Positions 23,401 through 36,479 are shown, counted from the first letter of the stretch. The stretch: DNA of 64,000 nucleotides from Chiloscyllium plagiosum (GCF_004010195.1 NC_057739.1:45741356-45805355), one strand, 5' to 3'. Program-made: numbers and translations. The notes: generated by a model not told the origin, from the letters alone.

Positions 23401-23685
23401 TCATTAATAATTTCTCTAAGCACTCTGCAGCCATTTTGTTTTGTTATTTTTATGGCCAGTGGGGTGTTAAGGGGAGGTTTATATTGAAGACATTTAGGTA
23501 GCACCTACTTCCTTAGGCAGCACCTACTTCCTTAGGCATTCATGCAGGAAGTACAGCTGTTCGCAAGTGGCACACTCGGTTGGCATTCGTTTCCCATTTT
23601 CGGGCCAGTTTTAGCGTATTGTACCAATAGGTCTTAGCAAGTTGAGAAGATTTGTAGCTCAGGTTGAGTTCTGGAGGTAGGTTTC
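20490..23685 (-). mobile_element. Near full-length degenerate Penelope-like element (RT + GIY-YIG) in SLC2A6 intron 9, with internal ~735-bp tandem duplication
   Basis: Minus-strand TNVINKISCKDCNKHYIGQMGRKLATRIHEH (GIY-YIG), LTGIKFPKEEENNNKLPFLGV and PADKG motifs (RT). Terminal-repeat sequence CTGGA.GTAG.TTT occurs at both ~20496 and ~23671. Confidence 0.88.
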
Positions 23686-23780
23686 TGATGAAGGACTTTT
23701 GCCCGAAACATCTATTTTCCCACTCCTCTGACGCTACCTGCCTGCTGTGCTTTTCCAGCATCACTCTAATCTCCAGCATT
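23684..23780 (+). mobile_element. Short hammerhead-bearing Penelope-derived insertion
   Basis: CTGATGA-A-GGAC TTTT GCCC-GAAACATC, followed by ..CTGCTGTGCTTTTCCAGCA.CAC as in the 18312-18440 family. Confidence 0.6.
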
Positions 23781-23982
23781 ACTCACTTCGCACTATTTCC
23801 TGCAGTCCAGCAGTTACTTCTCTTTTCTGTAAATGAAGTTGTGGAAGTTTTTCCTTCTAATGTTCACTCTTTTATCCTGCTTATCAAACTCTTAAGGGTT
23901 AAACATTGTACAGCTTGTACGAAAGCTGCTGATCACAACAGGAGCAAAGACAGAACTTGAAACCTTGTCTTTTCTTTTCCAG

Positions 23983-24147
23983 CATACCTTTGGACTTGCT
24001 GTCCCCTTCTTGTTCTTCTGTGCAGTATCCATCCTGGGAATAATATTTACTGCTTTCTGCATTCCTGAAACAAGGAAGAGGACCTTGGAACAAATTCAAG
24101 ATTTGTTCCAGAACCCGAGAGCACCCAGAGTTGTTGTTAACAACTGA
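23983..24147 (+). CDS. SLC2A6: SLC2A6-like exon 10 (terminal)
   Basis: ttccag|CAT; HTFGLAVPFLFFCAVSILGIIFTAFCIPETRKRTLEQIQDLFQNPRAPRVVVNN*. Confidence 0.95.
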   Translation, partial: HTFGLAVPFLFFCAVSILGIIFTAFCIPETRKRTLEQIQDLFQNPRAPRVVVNN

Positions 24148-24284
24148 CAAGGAAAAAAACACTTTGAAAAACTGAAGTCCCACCGTTAATCCTCCTCATT
24201 GTTCACTGAAGCTACAAGGATAGACTAATCCTGTTGGACTATGATTTTATTTAACATTTACACAGATGGCTCACAGGTAAATGT

Positions 24285-24470
24285 AGATACAATTTCTATG
24301 TCCCTCCATTGTCCCCATCAAACACTCCCAACACAGGGACAGCATGGGGTTAGATACAGATTAAAGCTCCCTCTACACTGCCCCCATCAAACACACCCCG
24401 GACAGGAACAGCAAATGGTTAGATTTGGAGTAAAGGCCTCTCTGCACTGTCTTCAAACATTCCCAGCATG
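24285..24470. repeat. ~70-bp tandem repeat family (GGGACAGCACGGGGTTAGATACAGAGTAAAGCTCCCTCTACACTGTCCCCATCAAACACTCCCA)
   Basis: 2-3 tandem units; further copies at ~4905-5000 (-), 15650-15745 (-) and 53445-53820. Confidence 0.75.
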
Positions 24471-25236
24471 GGTAATATTATAGAAAAGCCTCTAGAACAG
24501 TTCATATTCTCCAGTGAGACAATTTCAAAATCACTTCTTTCAGAGGCTACACAACACTGAAGATGTCACCCAGAAGGGAGACTAAATGTTTGCAAAAAAA
24601 TCAACCAACTCAGCGAACCAACCAACAACTACATCCAAAACATGCGGGAGGGAACAGATGTGTTGGTTTGAATAGTTCTTTTTCCTCAGTGACAATTACT
24701 GAAGTTAGACAAAGGCTTTGTATAGTCAAACCACAGTTAGTATATATACAGCTCGAAGGTGCTGCTGATGAATAGGAGTCTTTTGATAGGGGAGTTTAAA
24801 AGGTTGCCTTCATAAGTGTATTTACTAACTGTAACTAAACATGCACTTTTAAATCTGCACACATTTATGTTTGTAAATACATACAGAATCTCTTCTGCAG
24901 GTATTCCTGGTTTATATGGGAGTATGAATTACTGATGCAAAATTAAATATATCTGAAGAAAAACTCCATGTTCTCAATGAAGAGTCCATTTAATATTCTT
25001 CACCAGAATGAAACCATAAGTTCTATATAAAGAATAACAGATACCCAAGAGTGAGTTACAGACTGGAATCTAAATGAGGGCTTATGGGGTGGTTTATATA
25101 TAGAACAACAGATACCTGGGAGGGAGTTACAGACTAGGACTAAATCCACTCTAAGTGACTATAACTCTGCTGTATCCAGTTACGTTTCAATAACAGGAAA
25201 CCCACTTCCAAAAAGACAAGACACAGAGTAAAACTT

Positions 25237-25242
25237 TTTATT
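25237..25242 (-). promoter_or_regulatory. Candidate distal polyadenylation signal of CACFD1
   Basis: AATAAA on the minus strand followed by GU/U-rich CTCTGTGTCTTGTCTTTTTGG. Confidence 0.5.
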
Positions 25243-28200
25243 TCACAGTACATGGTCAGAAATTTGTCAGAAACAGACATTTAAATAATTGAGGATAAAG
25301 TGCAAAAATCAAGCTCAGCCCCACCACAGAGACAGTTTGAAAGCTCTCTCATACAACTCCCTCTCAGTCATTGTATAGCGGCCACAATGTATAACTACAA
25401 CAGGGAAATATCCCAGAACTGCTCCCATTTTTCCCAGCGATATGGAACAAACCCATTTATTCACAAGATTTTCCAGCATAATTCCTGTGGAAATGACAGT
25501 AGCATTGGGGAATTTCACTGCATGATGTTTCAGTTACTTAGCTACTGGTCTCATGGATGCCAATATCTCTGGACTGTATTCTAACTAAGAGCCATTTTTA
25601 ACAAGCCTTACCACTCCTACACTCAACACTACACCCCAGTACAACAGGCAGACACTGCAACTGTCACTCCCATTTAATAAAACAATTCACACTCATATAC
25701 AAGCCCAACTCCAGCTCAGAAATGAGAGACTCTCAAACTCGCTGGAAAGTTGCAGCATCTTTATAAAGTACACACTGAATTATAACAAGTCTAATTTAAA
25801 TAGCAATAACTAGCTAAGGACATTAAACCTTTATAAATAATCAATAATTCAAAATCCATCCACAAAGATTGATCTTCTCATAAGCGAGAAGTACAATAGA
25901 CAGGCAGTGTTCTAGTATAACTTAGCAAGATGTGACTCAATCCTGTTTCTTTCGAGCCCCCACTTTTGGCTAATATGGTCCTGAATACCTGAAAGCACAG
26001 CCTCTCAGTGGGAAGCACCAGAAATATCCCACTCCCTCAGTCTAATGTCCACTTCTCACAAGAAGGTTCATCATGAGCATTGGCAGGACATTACAAACCA
26101 CACACCAAGGAATGTCAATTGCAACTACCCTCAGTCAATATTCACACATGCCAGAGGGGTCAGCTATGGGGTATCCGCAGTTTTGCTGAAATTCAGAGGC
26201 ACTACAAACAAGACTAGCAGCCAGTGAATAAACAGAATATAAAATTCAAGAGGTAATGAGGAGTTCATATAAAACCTAAGGCTCAAGTTAAACAAATATT
26301 CACAATATGGAGCTTCACTTTACAGGAAAGGTATGAATGTTTCAAAAAGTGGACAGCACTGCGCATCAGAAGTGGACATCAGGATATTAGTTCTTAAGAA
26401 ATTTCAATACAAAGTCTACAAAATTGGGATCTCTTGTTTGATCCTGAGGTCACAGAGTGACAGGAGAAAGTATTAACATTTCAAAAGGACAGGCAGAGTT
26501 TACAAGTTTGTTCCAATAACAGATTTTACCTCACTCCAGTGCCTCTAAGAGAATCAGGTGAGAAGTCAGCAGAAACAGAGTACTGCTGAGCTCTGGTATT
26601 CACTCCCAGGGGCTAGAGCCCACACTCTCACCTACAAACGGTCAACATCAGACTGGAGGGTGGGGGTGAAGGAAAAGGGAGGTGACAGGAGACAGGGAGC
26701 ATGAATCACACGCATACTGCACTATTTTTTTGTTGGGGGGCTGAGTGGTTCCCTGGCCAACTGTGCAGAGGGTACCCATCCAGCCTGATTCTGTTGTGGT
26801 TGAATTGCCCCAATTGGTTAAAGCACTTCAAGGGTACTTCCAATTAAATTTAACTGTAAATCAAACCCTTTTGAGGGAGGGTCACTTGACCTAAAACGTT
26901 AACCCTGATTTCTCTCCACATATGCTGCCAGACCTGCTGAGTTTTTCAAGCAATTTCTATTTTTGTTTGTGATTTACAGTATTAACCGTTAGGAGAGTTT
27001 CTGCCTTCACTACCCGTGAAGCAGTGAGTTCCTGACAGGCACCTCTACTGAAAATATTTCCCCTTGAATCTCCCTACCCCCAAATCTACGGTCATTGATT
27101 CTGGATCTTAGAACCACTTCCTTACGTACAGAAGCAATACGGACAGACTGAAGCTGAATGCCTCAGTCCATACTGTACATAAATAATGCGCTGTCTGCAC
27201 AGTTACTGAATATTAAAACCTTTTTCCACTGATTGAGCCAAAAGACCTCTTCCACATGCTTACTCCTGCATCGTGAGACTTTATGATTTTGCAACCCACG
27301 CCACCTCCCCTGCCGCCCCCACCACCCCACAAAGTTAACCCACTCATCCTGTTTCTAGAGAGTACCAATACAGCATAGGCATAAACTGTTGAACACTGCT
27401 TGGAACCCAGTCATTTTCAATTTCAAATTACACAAGGTACACTCTTTTACATTTACTCGCTACGAGTGTGTCCAATGGCCATCACCAAGCTTCTCAGGGA
27501 AATTAATCCACATGTTGCTCAAACCACATCAGATATGGATGCTTGCTCATATCCTGACTGGAAGCTAACTTCATAAATCTCATTACAAATCTATATTAAC
27601 TGGTGGAATCCTCAGTTAGTTCATGCCAAAGCTGTGGGGCCTGTGGTGGACGTGGTGCAACGACAGCAGTCTGTATGCAGACAGAGCCTTTGAAACAAAT
27701 CCCAGGTGCTTTGCTTAAAGAACTAACAAACTGGTGCAACAGCAGGAAAATCTCCTGGAGTTTCTAAATGTCAGTGAGCCCACCCCACAGAAGAGATACC
27801 TAACTTGCTCTGGGAGTTCAATACAGATCAAACTTGTATTTGATTGGAAAAGCCAGATTATGTCTCATCAGGCTGCCGCAGATCACATATTAGATTCAGC
27901 AAGGATTCACCTCTCTCTACATTAGCACCTTGTAAAAACAAAACATTTCGATATACAATTTCAGGTACCACAATGAATTTCAGAATTGGGAGCAGCTACG
28001 GCAAGTTGTACAATTAATCCAGGAAGAGGCAGAATAAAACCCACCCTCTCTGTGGTCTGGACGCTGGCCTCATACTCAGAAGGACTAGAGCAAATTATCC
28101 AGCACAGGTTAAAGGATGAATTATTCATTTGGTGTCCCTATCTCAGCAGGTAGGGTCAGACTCTTGATTGCAACTCTCTGCAGGAAAATTTCACAACTCT

Positions 28201-28339
28201 TCCTTCATCATTCCCACTGATCTCCCAATGTTTAAAATCCCCTCCAGATTAGAGTCAGACTCAAAACACAACTTCAGCCTCTCCTGTTCATAGCGAGGAA
28301 GCTACAGGTTACAAACAAAGCAGTCCCTGAACAAAACCT

Positions 28340-28730
28340 TTTTATTTACTCTTTCAGAGGATGTGGGCATCACTGGCAAATCCAGCATCTGCTGCTTCTC
28401 CCCAACTGCCTCATATTTGAGTGGCTTGCTGGACCTTTTCAGAAGGAAGTCAGGAGTTAACACCTTGCTGCGAGTCTGGAGTCCCATGCAGGCCAGACCA
28501 GGTGAGGATAGCAGATTTCCTTCCCTGAAGGGACGCTAATGAACCACGCATTAGACGATTATGACACAATCAATGATAGTGTCATGGTCATCGTCACTGA
28601 GATTAGCTTACAATTACAGACTCATTCACATTTAAACCCCCCAACTATCGTGGTGGATTTGAACCATGATTCAGATCATTAGCCTGTGCATCTGGTTGTC
28701 TAGCTCAATGACAATGCCACTACATCACCC
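28340..28730 (-). mobile_element. tRNA-headed SINE (second family)
   Basis: Shares GGATGTGGGCATCACTGGC..CCAGCAT, GGTCTGGAGTC.CATG.AGGCCAGACCAGG and GGATTTGAACC (B box on the minus strand) with 5500-5728. Confidence 0.6.
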
Positions 28731-29342
28731 CTCCCCATGCAAGATAATATTGCACAACTGGCCCCAGTGGAAGAGTTGGCCGGGGAGGGTGGGAGAGAGT
28801 AATGACCAATTTTTGATGACTGCCTTCTCAATCCCTGATTTAAGAGAGCTGGAAAGAGCAGTACTTATTTAAAAACGTGCTTTAGATAGCAGCAGTACAA
28901 TGGCAGCTCTGACCTGAATCCCATCAATGCTGTAATATAATATATATTCCAGACAGTGCAAGGCTCCCAGCAACTGTGACCAGAATCTGTTCAAGTCATG
29001 TATGCTCCAATTGCATCTGTCGCCCTCAATATTAAAAAACAAATCCACCAAATTGGGACGATTTAGTCAGTAATGGAATTAATCAGAGCTCCAAACATAA
29101 CACACATAGAGTCATAGAGATATACAGCACAGAAACAGACCCTGGTTAAGACAAATGTACAAAAACACCAGATTTAAAGAGAGTTGGCAGCTGCTGTCCA
29201 ATTGAACAATCAACTGTATATTGAGCAAAGAGGGAACCCAGTCTGGAGCTCACCCCTCTTTGCAGTGCATAGATTAAACAGATGTCCACATTGAGAAAGC
29301 TTCGTCAGTTTGCTAACCCAGTTGTACAGATCCCAGTCCCTT

Positions 29343-29436
29343 TTATTGTTCTGCTGTCTCACCCTGGAGCATTCCAGACTGTTTTTCGTCAGCTGCTCTC
29401 CTGTCCTGGAGCCTGGCGTATGAAACAGCATCGCCC
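29343..29436 (-). CDS. CACFD1: CACFD1 terminal coding exon
   Basis: ccaaag|G GGC GAT; GDAVSYARLQDRRAADEKQSGMLQGETAEQ*. Confidence 0.92.
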
Positions 29437-31086
29437 CTTTGGAAATAGAGGGAGCAGCATTAGCAAATGTCCAAAACAAGTACTCCAAATCCAGCTTAAC
29501 ATGCAAACTGAGGGATTGAGATACATGTAGCACTCAACTGGCTTCTCATAGTTTATAAAGACCACAGTTTCAATGGTTTATTAATTCAATTGGTATAAGA
29601 AATGTGACACTTATTGAGGCAACTCCTTCCTTGATCTTTGTTGTTTTCACCAATCAGGCTGTTCAGCCCATTTTGTCTGTGCTAGCTCTTTGAGAGCCAC
29701 TCAATTAACTGTACTCTGCCCTACTCTTTCCATACAACTCTGCAAACCTCTCTTTTCCAGTAATTCTGCAACTCCCTTTGGAAAGTTCTGACTGAATCTG
29801 CGTCCACCATTCTTTCAGATAGCACATCCCAGATCACGACATCAAAACATTCAAAACTGCCCAACCACATCACCTCTGGTTCTTTAGCCAATTATTATAA
29901 ATCAGTGTCCCTCCAGTTATCAATCCTTCTGCCCAGAAACAATTTCTCATTTACTCCAGAAAGCCCTTATTAATCCTGGACATGTCTGTTAAACCTCCCC
30001 TTAATCCTCGCTGTGACATGTACAGCTACCTCAGTTTATGCACATCCAGTAATGAAAAACCCTTCCATCTCCAGAACTAGTTACATAATCCTGAAATTCC
30101 AATACCCTTAAACTGCAGTGGGCAGAATTGTGACTCAATCCTCCAGCTGGGAATAGAGAGTTTTAAAGGTTTAATATAAATTCCATCGACAACTTATACC
30201 AGAGGAAAGTCAATGAGGGCCCCAAATAAATTACCAACAAGAATGATTTGCATTATCATGTTACAGTACAGAAAAATGAGTCGCTCTCTGACACCATACC
30301 TGGGTGGCCCATCCAAAGCGAAAAGCAGGTTATTAAAGCCGAAAGGCATTGTAACCAACTCTATCCTGTCCTATCTCAGAACATAAACACAGGCAGAAGC
30401 TTGTAAAACAAAGCAAAACAGCATTTTGATGAAGGGAGTACTGACAGTTGTAAAACTGAGCTAAACAGACTGAGTTTTTATTATTCATTTCCGGGTAGGG
30501 TTAAGTGGTGTTTATTGCCTGTCAACTGCTCGAGGTGGTGATGGTGAGCTGCTTTCTTGAGCCACCACAGTCCACAACCTTAAAAGCCGATCACAGCAAA
30601 CAGATTTAAACAGAGTTGTACAAACTACGACAAACTGAAAAAATTATCTAAAGCTGCACAGTCCCAGGTGAAGACAAGACCATTTCTTCAAAGAAATATT
30701 GAGAGTGACGGATAGTCACAGAATAAAAACAACCTGCAGAAAAATTAATCCTAGGCACTGAAGGCACTGCAGTCTCTCGTATAAACAAATGGAAATTATA
30801 CAATTATCTCCTTTGTTCTGGGTTCCTGGTCTCCTCCTTTACCTACTCCCCACTCAAGGTAGCATTTTTGTTTAAACTCTGAATCCATGCAGTTTCCACA
30901 TGACCCTATCAGTACCTAACCCTGACCTGAGGCTTCCTCCCTCAGGCTTTTCGGCAGATTTTCAGCACGTGTAAATCACAGCCAGTTAAGGATTACACAT
31001 TCTGTGACAACCAACACTGCCAAATTGTCCAACTTTAAAAGCACCAAATAATAAATCATTCACTACTGACATATCATGAAAACTTA

Positions 31087-31215
<129 letters not shown>

Positions 31216-31435
31216 TCAGATATTATGTGCACCTGTCACAAGAAAGTTACAACAAATTGACAAAGTTATTTGAGAGGCATGTGATTATCGGTCAGTCAAC
31301 ACTGGAGCAGCATTAAACCTGCTGCTGTCCTCAACCAACATATCTCCCATCCAAAATCAGGGGCATTACAGTTCTGTTACATCACGGACTGAACACTCAC
31401 TGTGACCAATGTGTGCCAGACAGACTCCATGCTTA

Positions 31436-31588
<153 letters not shown>

Positions 31589-32129
31589 TTAAAGGTTGGA
31601 GAACACACTAACTGGTCACCAAAACAGGTTGCTTTAGGTCACAACTCAATATTAGACTTAGTGGGGAGAACACAAACCCTACAGGGAATTAAATATCTCA
31701 AAGATGTTTAAGGGAAAATTAGAAGTAGAGGTGTCAGTGAAGTGGCAATGTCCTGGTGACCCGGACTCAAATCCCAGAACAGCTGGTGGTGTAATTTGAA
31801 TTCAATAAAGTCTGGAATTAAAAGCTGAGGCAAAATTAGAGGGCTCTTGTGGTAGTGTTTTTCTCTGTCAGGTCTCACTTGCCCCAGGGGTGTGTAAAAA
31901 CAACTCTGAACAAGTTGATGAGAAAGCATCTAAAGGAAAATTAGAAAGAGGCAGAGGTTATTCTGACAGGGTGAGATGGAGGAGGATGGGTTGGAACTCA
32001 CGTGTGTTTAAGCAGCAACAAAGACCAGGTGGGCCTTAAGGCCTGCACTGTGGGTACAGGTGTCAGGAAGAAAATATTTACTGCTCCAAAAATTGAGGTG
32101 GTTTCGAATAATTCACTTTGCATGAACAT

Positions 32130-32680
32130 GACAATGGTTAGGCCACTTTTGGAATTTGCTGCAATTCTGGTCTCTCTGCTAAAGGAAGGATGCTGTAAAA
32201 CATTTCAGAAAAGGTTTACAAGGATGTTGCCAGGGTTGGAGGATTTCAGTTAAAGGGGGAGGCTGAATAGGCTAGGGCTGTTTTCCCTTGAGCGTCGAAG
32301 GCTGAGATGTGACCAAATTGAGGTTTATAAAATCATGAGGGGCATGGCTAAAATAAATAGAAAAGGTATTTTCCCCAAGCTGGGGGAGTCCAGAACTAGA
32401 TGGCATAGGTTTAGGGTGAGGGGGGAAGAAATAGAAAAAGGATCTAATGGGCAACTTTTTTCACGCAGAGGGTGCATGCATGAAATGAGCTGCCAGAGAA
32501 AGTGGTGGGGCTGGTACAATTGCAGCATTTAAAAGGCATCTAGATGGGTACATGAACAGGAATGGTTTGGAGGGTTACAGACCAAGTACTGGTAAGTGGG
32601 ACTAGATTAGGTTAGGGTATCTGGTCAGCATGGATGAGTTGGTCCGAAGGGTCTGTTTTTGTGCTGCATATCTCTATGAC
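32130..32680 (+). mobile_element. CR1-clade LINE 3' fragment
   Basis: MVRPLLEF..QKRFTRMLPGLEDFS..VYKIMRGM..SRTR; tail TCTCTATGAC. Confidence 0.85.
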
Positions 32681-33371
32681 CGTGCCTCTATGATGCTGAA
32701 GGTGCAGCTAGATGTTGAGCTGGGAATCAGGTCACTGAGTGCAATTTCCCACTCTGTCACACTCACAGCAGATCCTTGTTGGAACAGCTGCCAGATTCAC
32801 TGAAACTGAGGGGTAAAGAGAAGGTCCCTGTCAGTGTCCAGGATAATGTCCCATTGCTGCATTATCCAGGCATTAACCTCACTGCTCAACAACTAAACCA
32901 GGTAAACTCTGGGAAAGGATACAAGATCAAACTGCTGCTCGAATTGATCCTTCAAATCTTTAGAAAGATGGATAAGAAAAGATCTATTTTAAATGAGTTT
33001 CAGTCAGGACGTAGTGGCTCAGGATTAAAGCTTGGCACTGTGGGAAGAGGTGGAAAGAACTTGAGCAGGATGCAGTTGATAAAGTGGGTGGACTAAGCTA
33101 CTCGGACCAATAGTTGTAGTGAGAAAAAACAATTACAGTGACGGGGAGGAGAGTTTTAAGGAAGTTCAGGAATTCAGAGGATTCAATTAATTACCCTTAA
33201 GTTTCCATTCATGCTCAGCAGCCAATCTGATTCAGCCAGTGGACTAATCTAAAATTATTTTTAACTAAAATGAGGTTGGTATTGGAAAGCTGACAGACTC
33301 AAACATTGGAAACTGGAGAACTTGAAAACGTGTTTTTGAGAATCACACGACAGCTTCTATTCAATTACTTA

Positions 33372-33473
<102 letters not shown>

Positions 33474-33579
33474 TCAGAACTGGCAACAGTGACACACCAG
33501 ACATCTCAACATACCCATCAGTCCAGGCAATGTTCCTTTCTGCCTCCTTGGAATCTACTTTCAGCACTTACACTTTTTA

Positions 33580-33790
33580 AAAAAGTCATTCACAGGACAT
33601 GGGTGTCACTGGCTAGGCCAGCATTTATTGTCCATCCCTAACGGCAATTAAGAGTCAACCACACTGCTGTGGGTCTGGTGTCAAATGTAGTTGATAAGAG
33701 GTAAGGACGGCAGAGATCTCTCCCTAAAGGACATCAGTGAACCTGATGAATTTTCCAAACAATTGACAACAGTTTCTTGGTCACTGTTAG
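33580..33790 (-). mobile_element. tRNA-headed SINE (second family) 3' fragment
   Basis: CATGGGTGTCACTGGCTAGGCCAGCATTTATTG.CCATCCCTAA..AAGAGTCAACCACA, as at 45270-45560. Confidence 0.6.
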
Positions 33791-35632
33791 ACCCTTTCTG
33801 CATTGGTCTCCCCCACTCCTTTCACTTCCAGGCCTGGAATATAGAGTTTCAGTTTGAACAATACTCATCTGAGATCGAGTCACAATACCTCCGTCTCATT
33901 ATGGATTCTGCATTAATGTTTCTACTTCTTGAATAATTCACTACACCTAGGGAGTGAGGTAGAAGGCACAGAAATTTCTCTCTACACTCCAAATTAAGCT
34001 GCATCCTCGAACATTGCCCAGAAAAATTCAACTGAAACAATGGATCAACATTTACAATTTAGGAAAAGATCATTTCTGCTGGCCTTTCTGCACCACACAA
34101 ACCACCTCACACCCTGTCACTCTATCCTTCGATTCCTTTCCCTCTTAGGCAACCCCTTAAATGTATTGTTAATATACAATCCACTATTTGCTGCTGCAGC
34201 AAGGTCCTCTTCCTCACTATTCTCCTTCTGTGCTGGGAATTCAGGGCAATACTGGACACTCAACAGATATTTTCTAACCAATCTGCTCAGAGATGTTATT
34301 GCGCACTTCTGTAGCAGGTGGGACTTTAACCCAAGTCTCCTAGCTCAGAAATCATCATTACCTGTGTACACAATATCTTTTATTAAAACACTCCACACCT
34401 TTAATCTGCATTAAGTCACAAAATTGGAGAAAGTTAGGAAGAGCGGGAGGCTTATTTTGACTAAGGTATTATAACACGTCTCATCTTACTGCATCTGCCT
34501 TTAGATCAGATTAACCTGCTGAATTATACAAACAACCCTTGTTAAAAATGTACAACCAGCTGGAAGCAGATTATCCCACATATCAAGTATCAGAAACTTG
34601 GATAGCCGGCAAAGAGCAATGACTTCCATAACACCCACCCAACAAACCACTAACTTATCAAACTGCTGTTCTTTCAATTAGCACAATATTCTGGTGTAGA
34701 TGGGTGCAATGAACACCTCTGCTATTACATCTTATGGTCTAATGCCACATCCTCTTGCAGTGAATTAAACAATTCTACCCTATAACATCTCAGTATAATT
34801 GGAACCTGCATTTGACTGGGATTCCTGTGTGTACAGAGCCCAGAGTGGTACCTACCCATTGACTCTTCCATCTTTTCTGATTTCTGCAGGATTAAAGCAA
34901 AAGAGCAGGAAACAGTGAAAACCATTGTGAAAGGGCATTTCAGAATACAGTGGAGTGCTAAACCCCTGATCTAGGATCTCACTCTGATTGATAGCACCAA
35001 ACTATTAGTAGAAGCAGCTCAAAACTGCAGCTTGGGGACATTCGATAGTCTGAAAGTCAGGTGAAGTACGACAGAATAAACACACAGATCATGTCAGAGC
35101 AACACGCTTCCTCAGTGACGCCTAAAATTTGTAAACACTCTTAGGTGGTTACACCTTGGAGGAGACGATTCCACTCATCAGTTGGGTGCTAGTTCTTGGC
35201 TGGAACAACCTAATGTAATTCCACTACTCAGTCTCTCCCCACCATAAATCTTGGGATATCTAGTTAGCAGCATGTGGACAGGAGACAAGAGCCATCAGGA
35301 CCAGATTACTCACTCACTCATGTCCCACCTTCAGCATCCTGTACAATAACCCTGCTCACCAGTAAAGACGCAGACATTTAAAAACAGGAAAGCAGATGCT
35401 CAGGCCTGTTCCTCCTCTCAATCACTGATGGATCTCTCAGCTCCCACCCACCCACCAGCTCCCTTCCCTCCCTAATCCAAGCTCAATCCGGTTTGCTGAG
35501 GGAGACACTCGCTGATGTTCAGGGCCGCTCAGAGAGTGAGGAGCTGCTGCCTGACTCTCACTCGGAGCTGGGCCGCCCCCACCCCGCACCCCTGACACTC
35601 CCCAGGCCCAGGCCCAGCCCCAGCGAATCTCT

Positions 35633-36132
35633 NNNNNNNNNNNNNNNNNNNNNNNNNNNNNNNNNNNNNNNNNNNNNNNNNNNNNNNNNNNNNNNNNNNN
35701 NNNNNNNNNNNNNNNNNNNNNNNNNNNNNNNNNNNNNNNNNNNNNNNNNNNNNNNNNNNNNNNNNNNNNNNNNNNNNNNNNNNNNNNNNNNNNNNNNNNN
35801 NNNNNNNNNNNNNNNNNNNNNNNNNNNNNNNNNNNNNNNNNNNNNNNNNNNNNNNNNNNNNNNNNNNNNNNNNNNNNNNNNNNNNNNNNNNNNNNNNNNN
35901 NNNNNNNNNNNNNNNNNNNNNNNNNNNNNNNNNNNNNNNNNNNNNNNNNNNNNNNNNNNNNNNNNNNNNNNNNNNNNNNNNNNNNNNNNNNNNNNNNNNN
36001 NNNNNNNNNNNNNNNNNNNNNNNNNNNNNNNNNNNNNNNNNNNNNNNNNNNNNNNNNNNNNNNNNNNNNNNNNNNNNNNNNNNNNNNNNNNNNNNNNNNN
36101 NNNNNNNNNNNNNNNNNNNNNNNNNNNNNNNN
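35633..36132. other. 500-N assembly gap with GC-rich flanks, probable CpG-island promoter holding exon 1 of CACFD1 and PIERCE1
   Basis: N run of exactly 500; G/C-rich edges; both flanking genes point away from it and lack exon 1. Confidence 0.65.
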
Positions 36133-36479
36133 GGGGGTCCCGGGGGGGAGTGAGTCACTATATAGAGGGAATCCCTGGGGGTGAATGTGTCAGTATTTAC
36201 AGGGATCGCTGGGATGAGGTTTGTGTATCAGTTTTTACACAAATCTATAACTCGTGTGTGTACCAATTTATGTGACAATTTATCTAATTTATGGGACCAA
36301 TGTCAAATGGAAAGTGTACAGTTCAGGATAAACATTTAAGGACACCTACATAAAGACGTATTTGCTTTAAAGTGAGTGTAATATTGAAGCATCAAAATTA
36401 CACTGGGACTTTGAAGGTTTGATTTTAAGTTTGAACTTTTTAATTTTAATTACATAGATCCAACTTGTCCTTGAATTTC

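Larger units (their letters stand above)
1788..24147 (+). other. SLC2A6: SLC2A6 (GLUT6)-like facilitative sugar transporter gene, 10 coding exons, 1506 nt CDS = 501 aa
   Basis: Exons 59+163+207+100+212+153+109+192+146+165 nt join in frame with GT-AG introns. The protein matches GLUT6 motifs ([62 protein letters not shown]). It is tail-to-tail with CACFD1, as in human. Confidence 0.92.

Noticed and set aside
1788-24147. Alternative assignment as SLC2A8 (GLUT8)
   Set aside because: GYALVYTSPVIP, LNDLLGRKL and GWGPITWL motifs plus adjacency to CACFD1 fit SLC2A6 better.
34725-34925. Minus-strand ORF MEESMGRYHSGLC as candidate CACFD1 exon 1
   Set aside because: It lacks the conserved WWYRWL..GVLG segment expected in Flower exon 1.
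35297-35365. RT-x14-NNP spacing resembling PIERCE1 exon 1 (RTRLLTHSCPTFSILYNNPAHQ*)
   Set aside because: The intervening residues do not match, a stop follows, and there is no phase-2 donor; probably coincidence.
35493-36275. ORFs spanning the N gap (also 63144-63911)
   Set aside because: Artefacts of N runs lacking stop codons.
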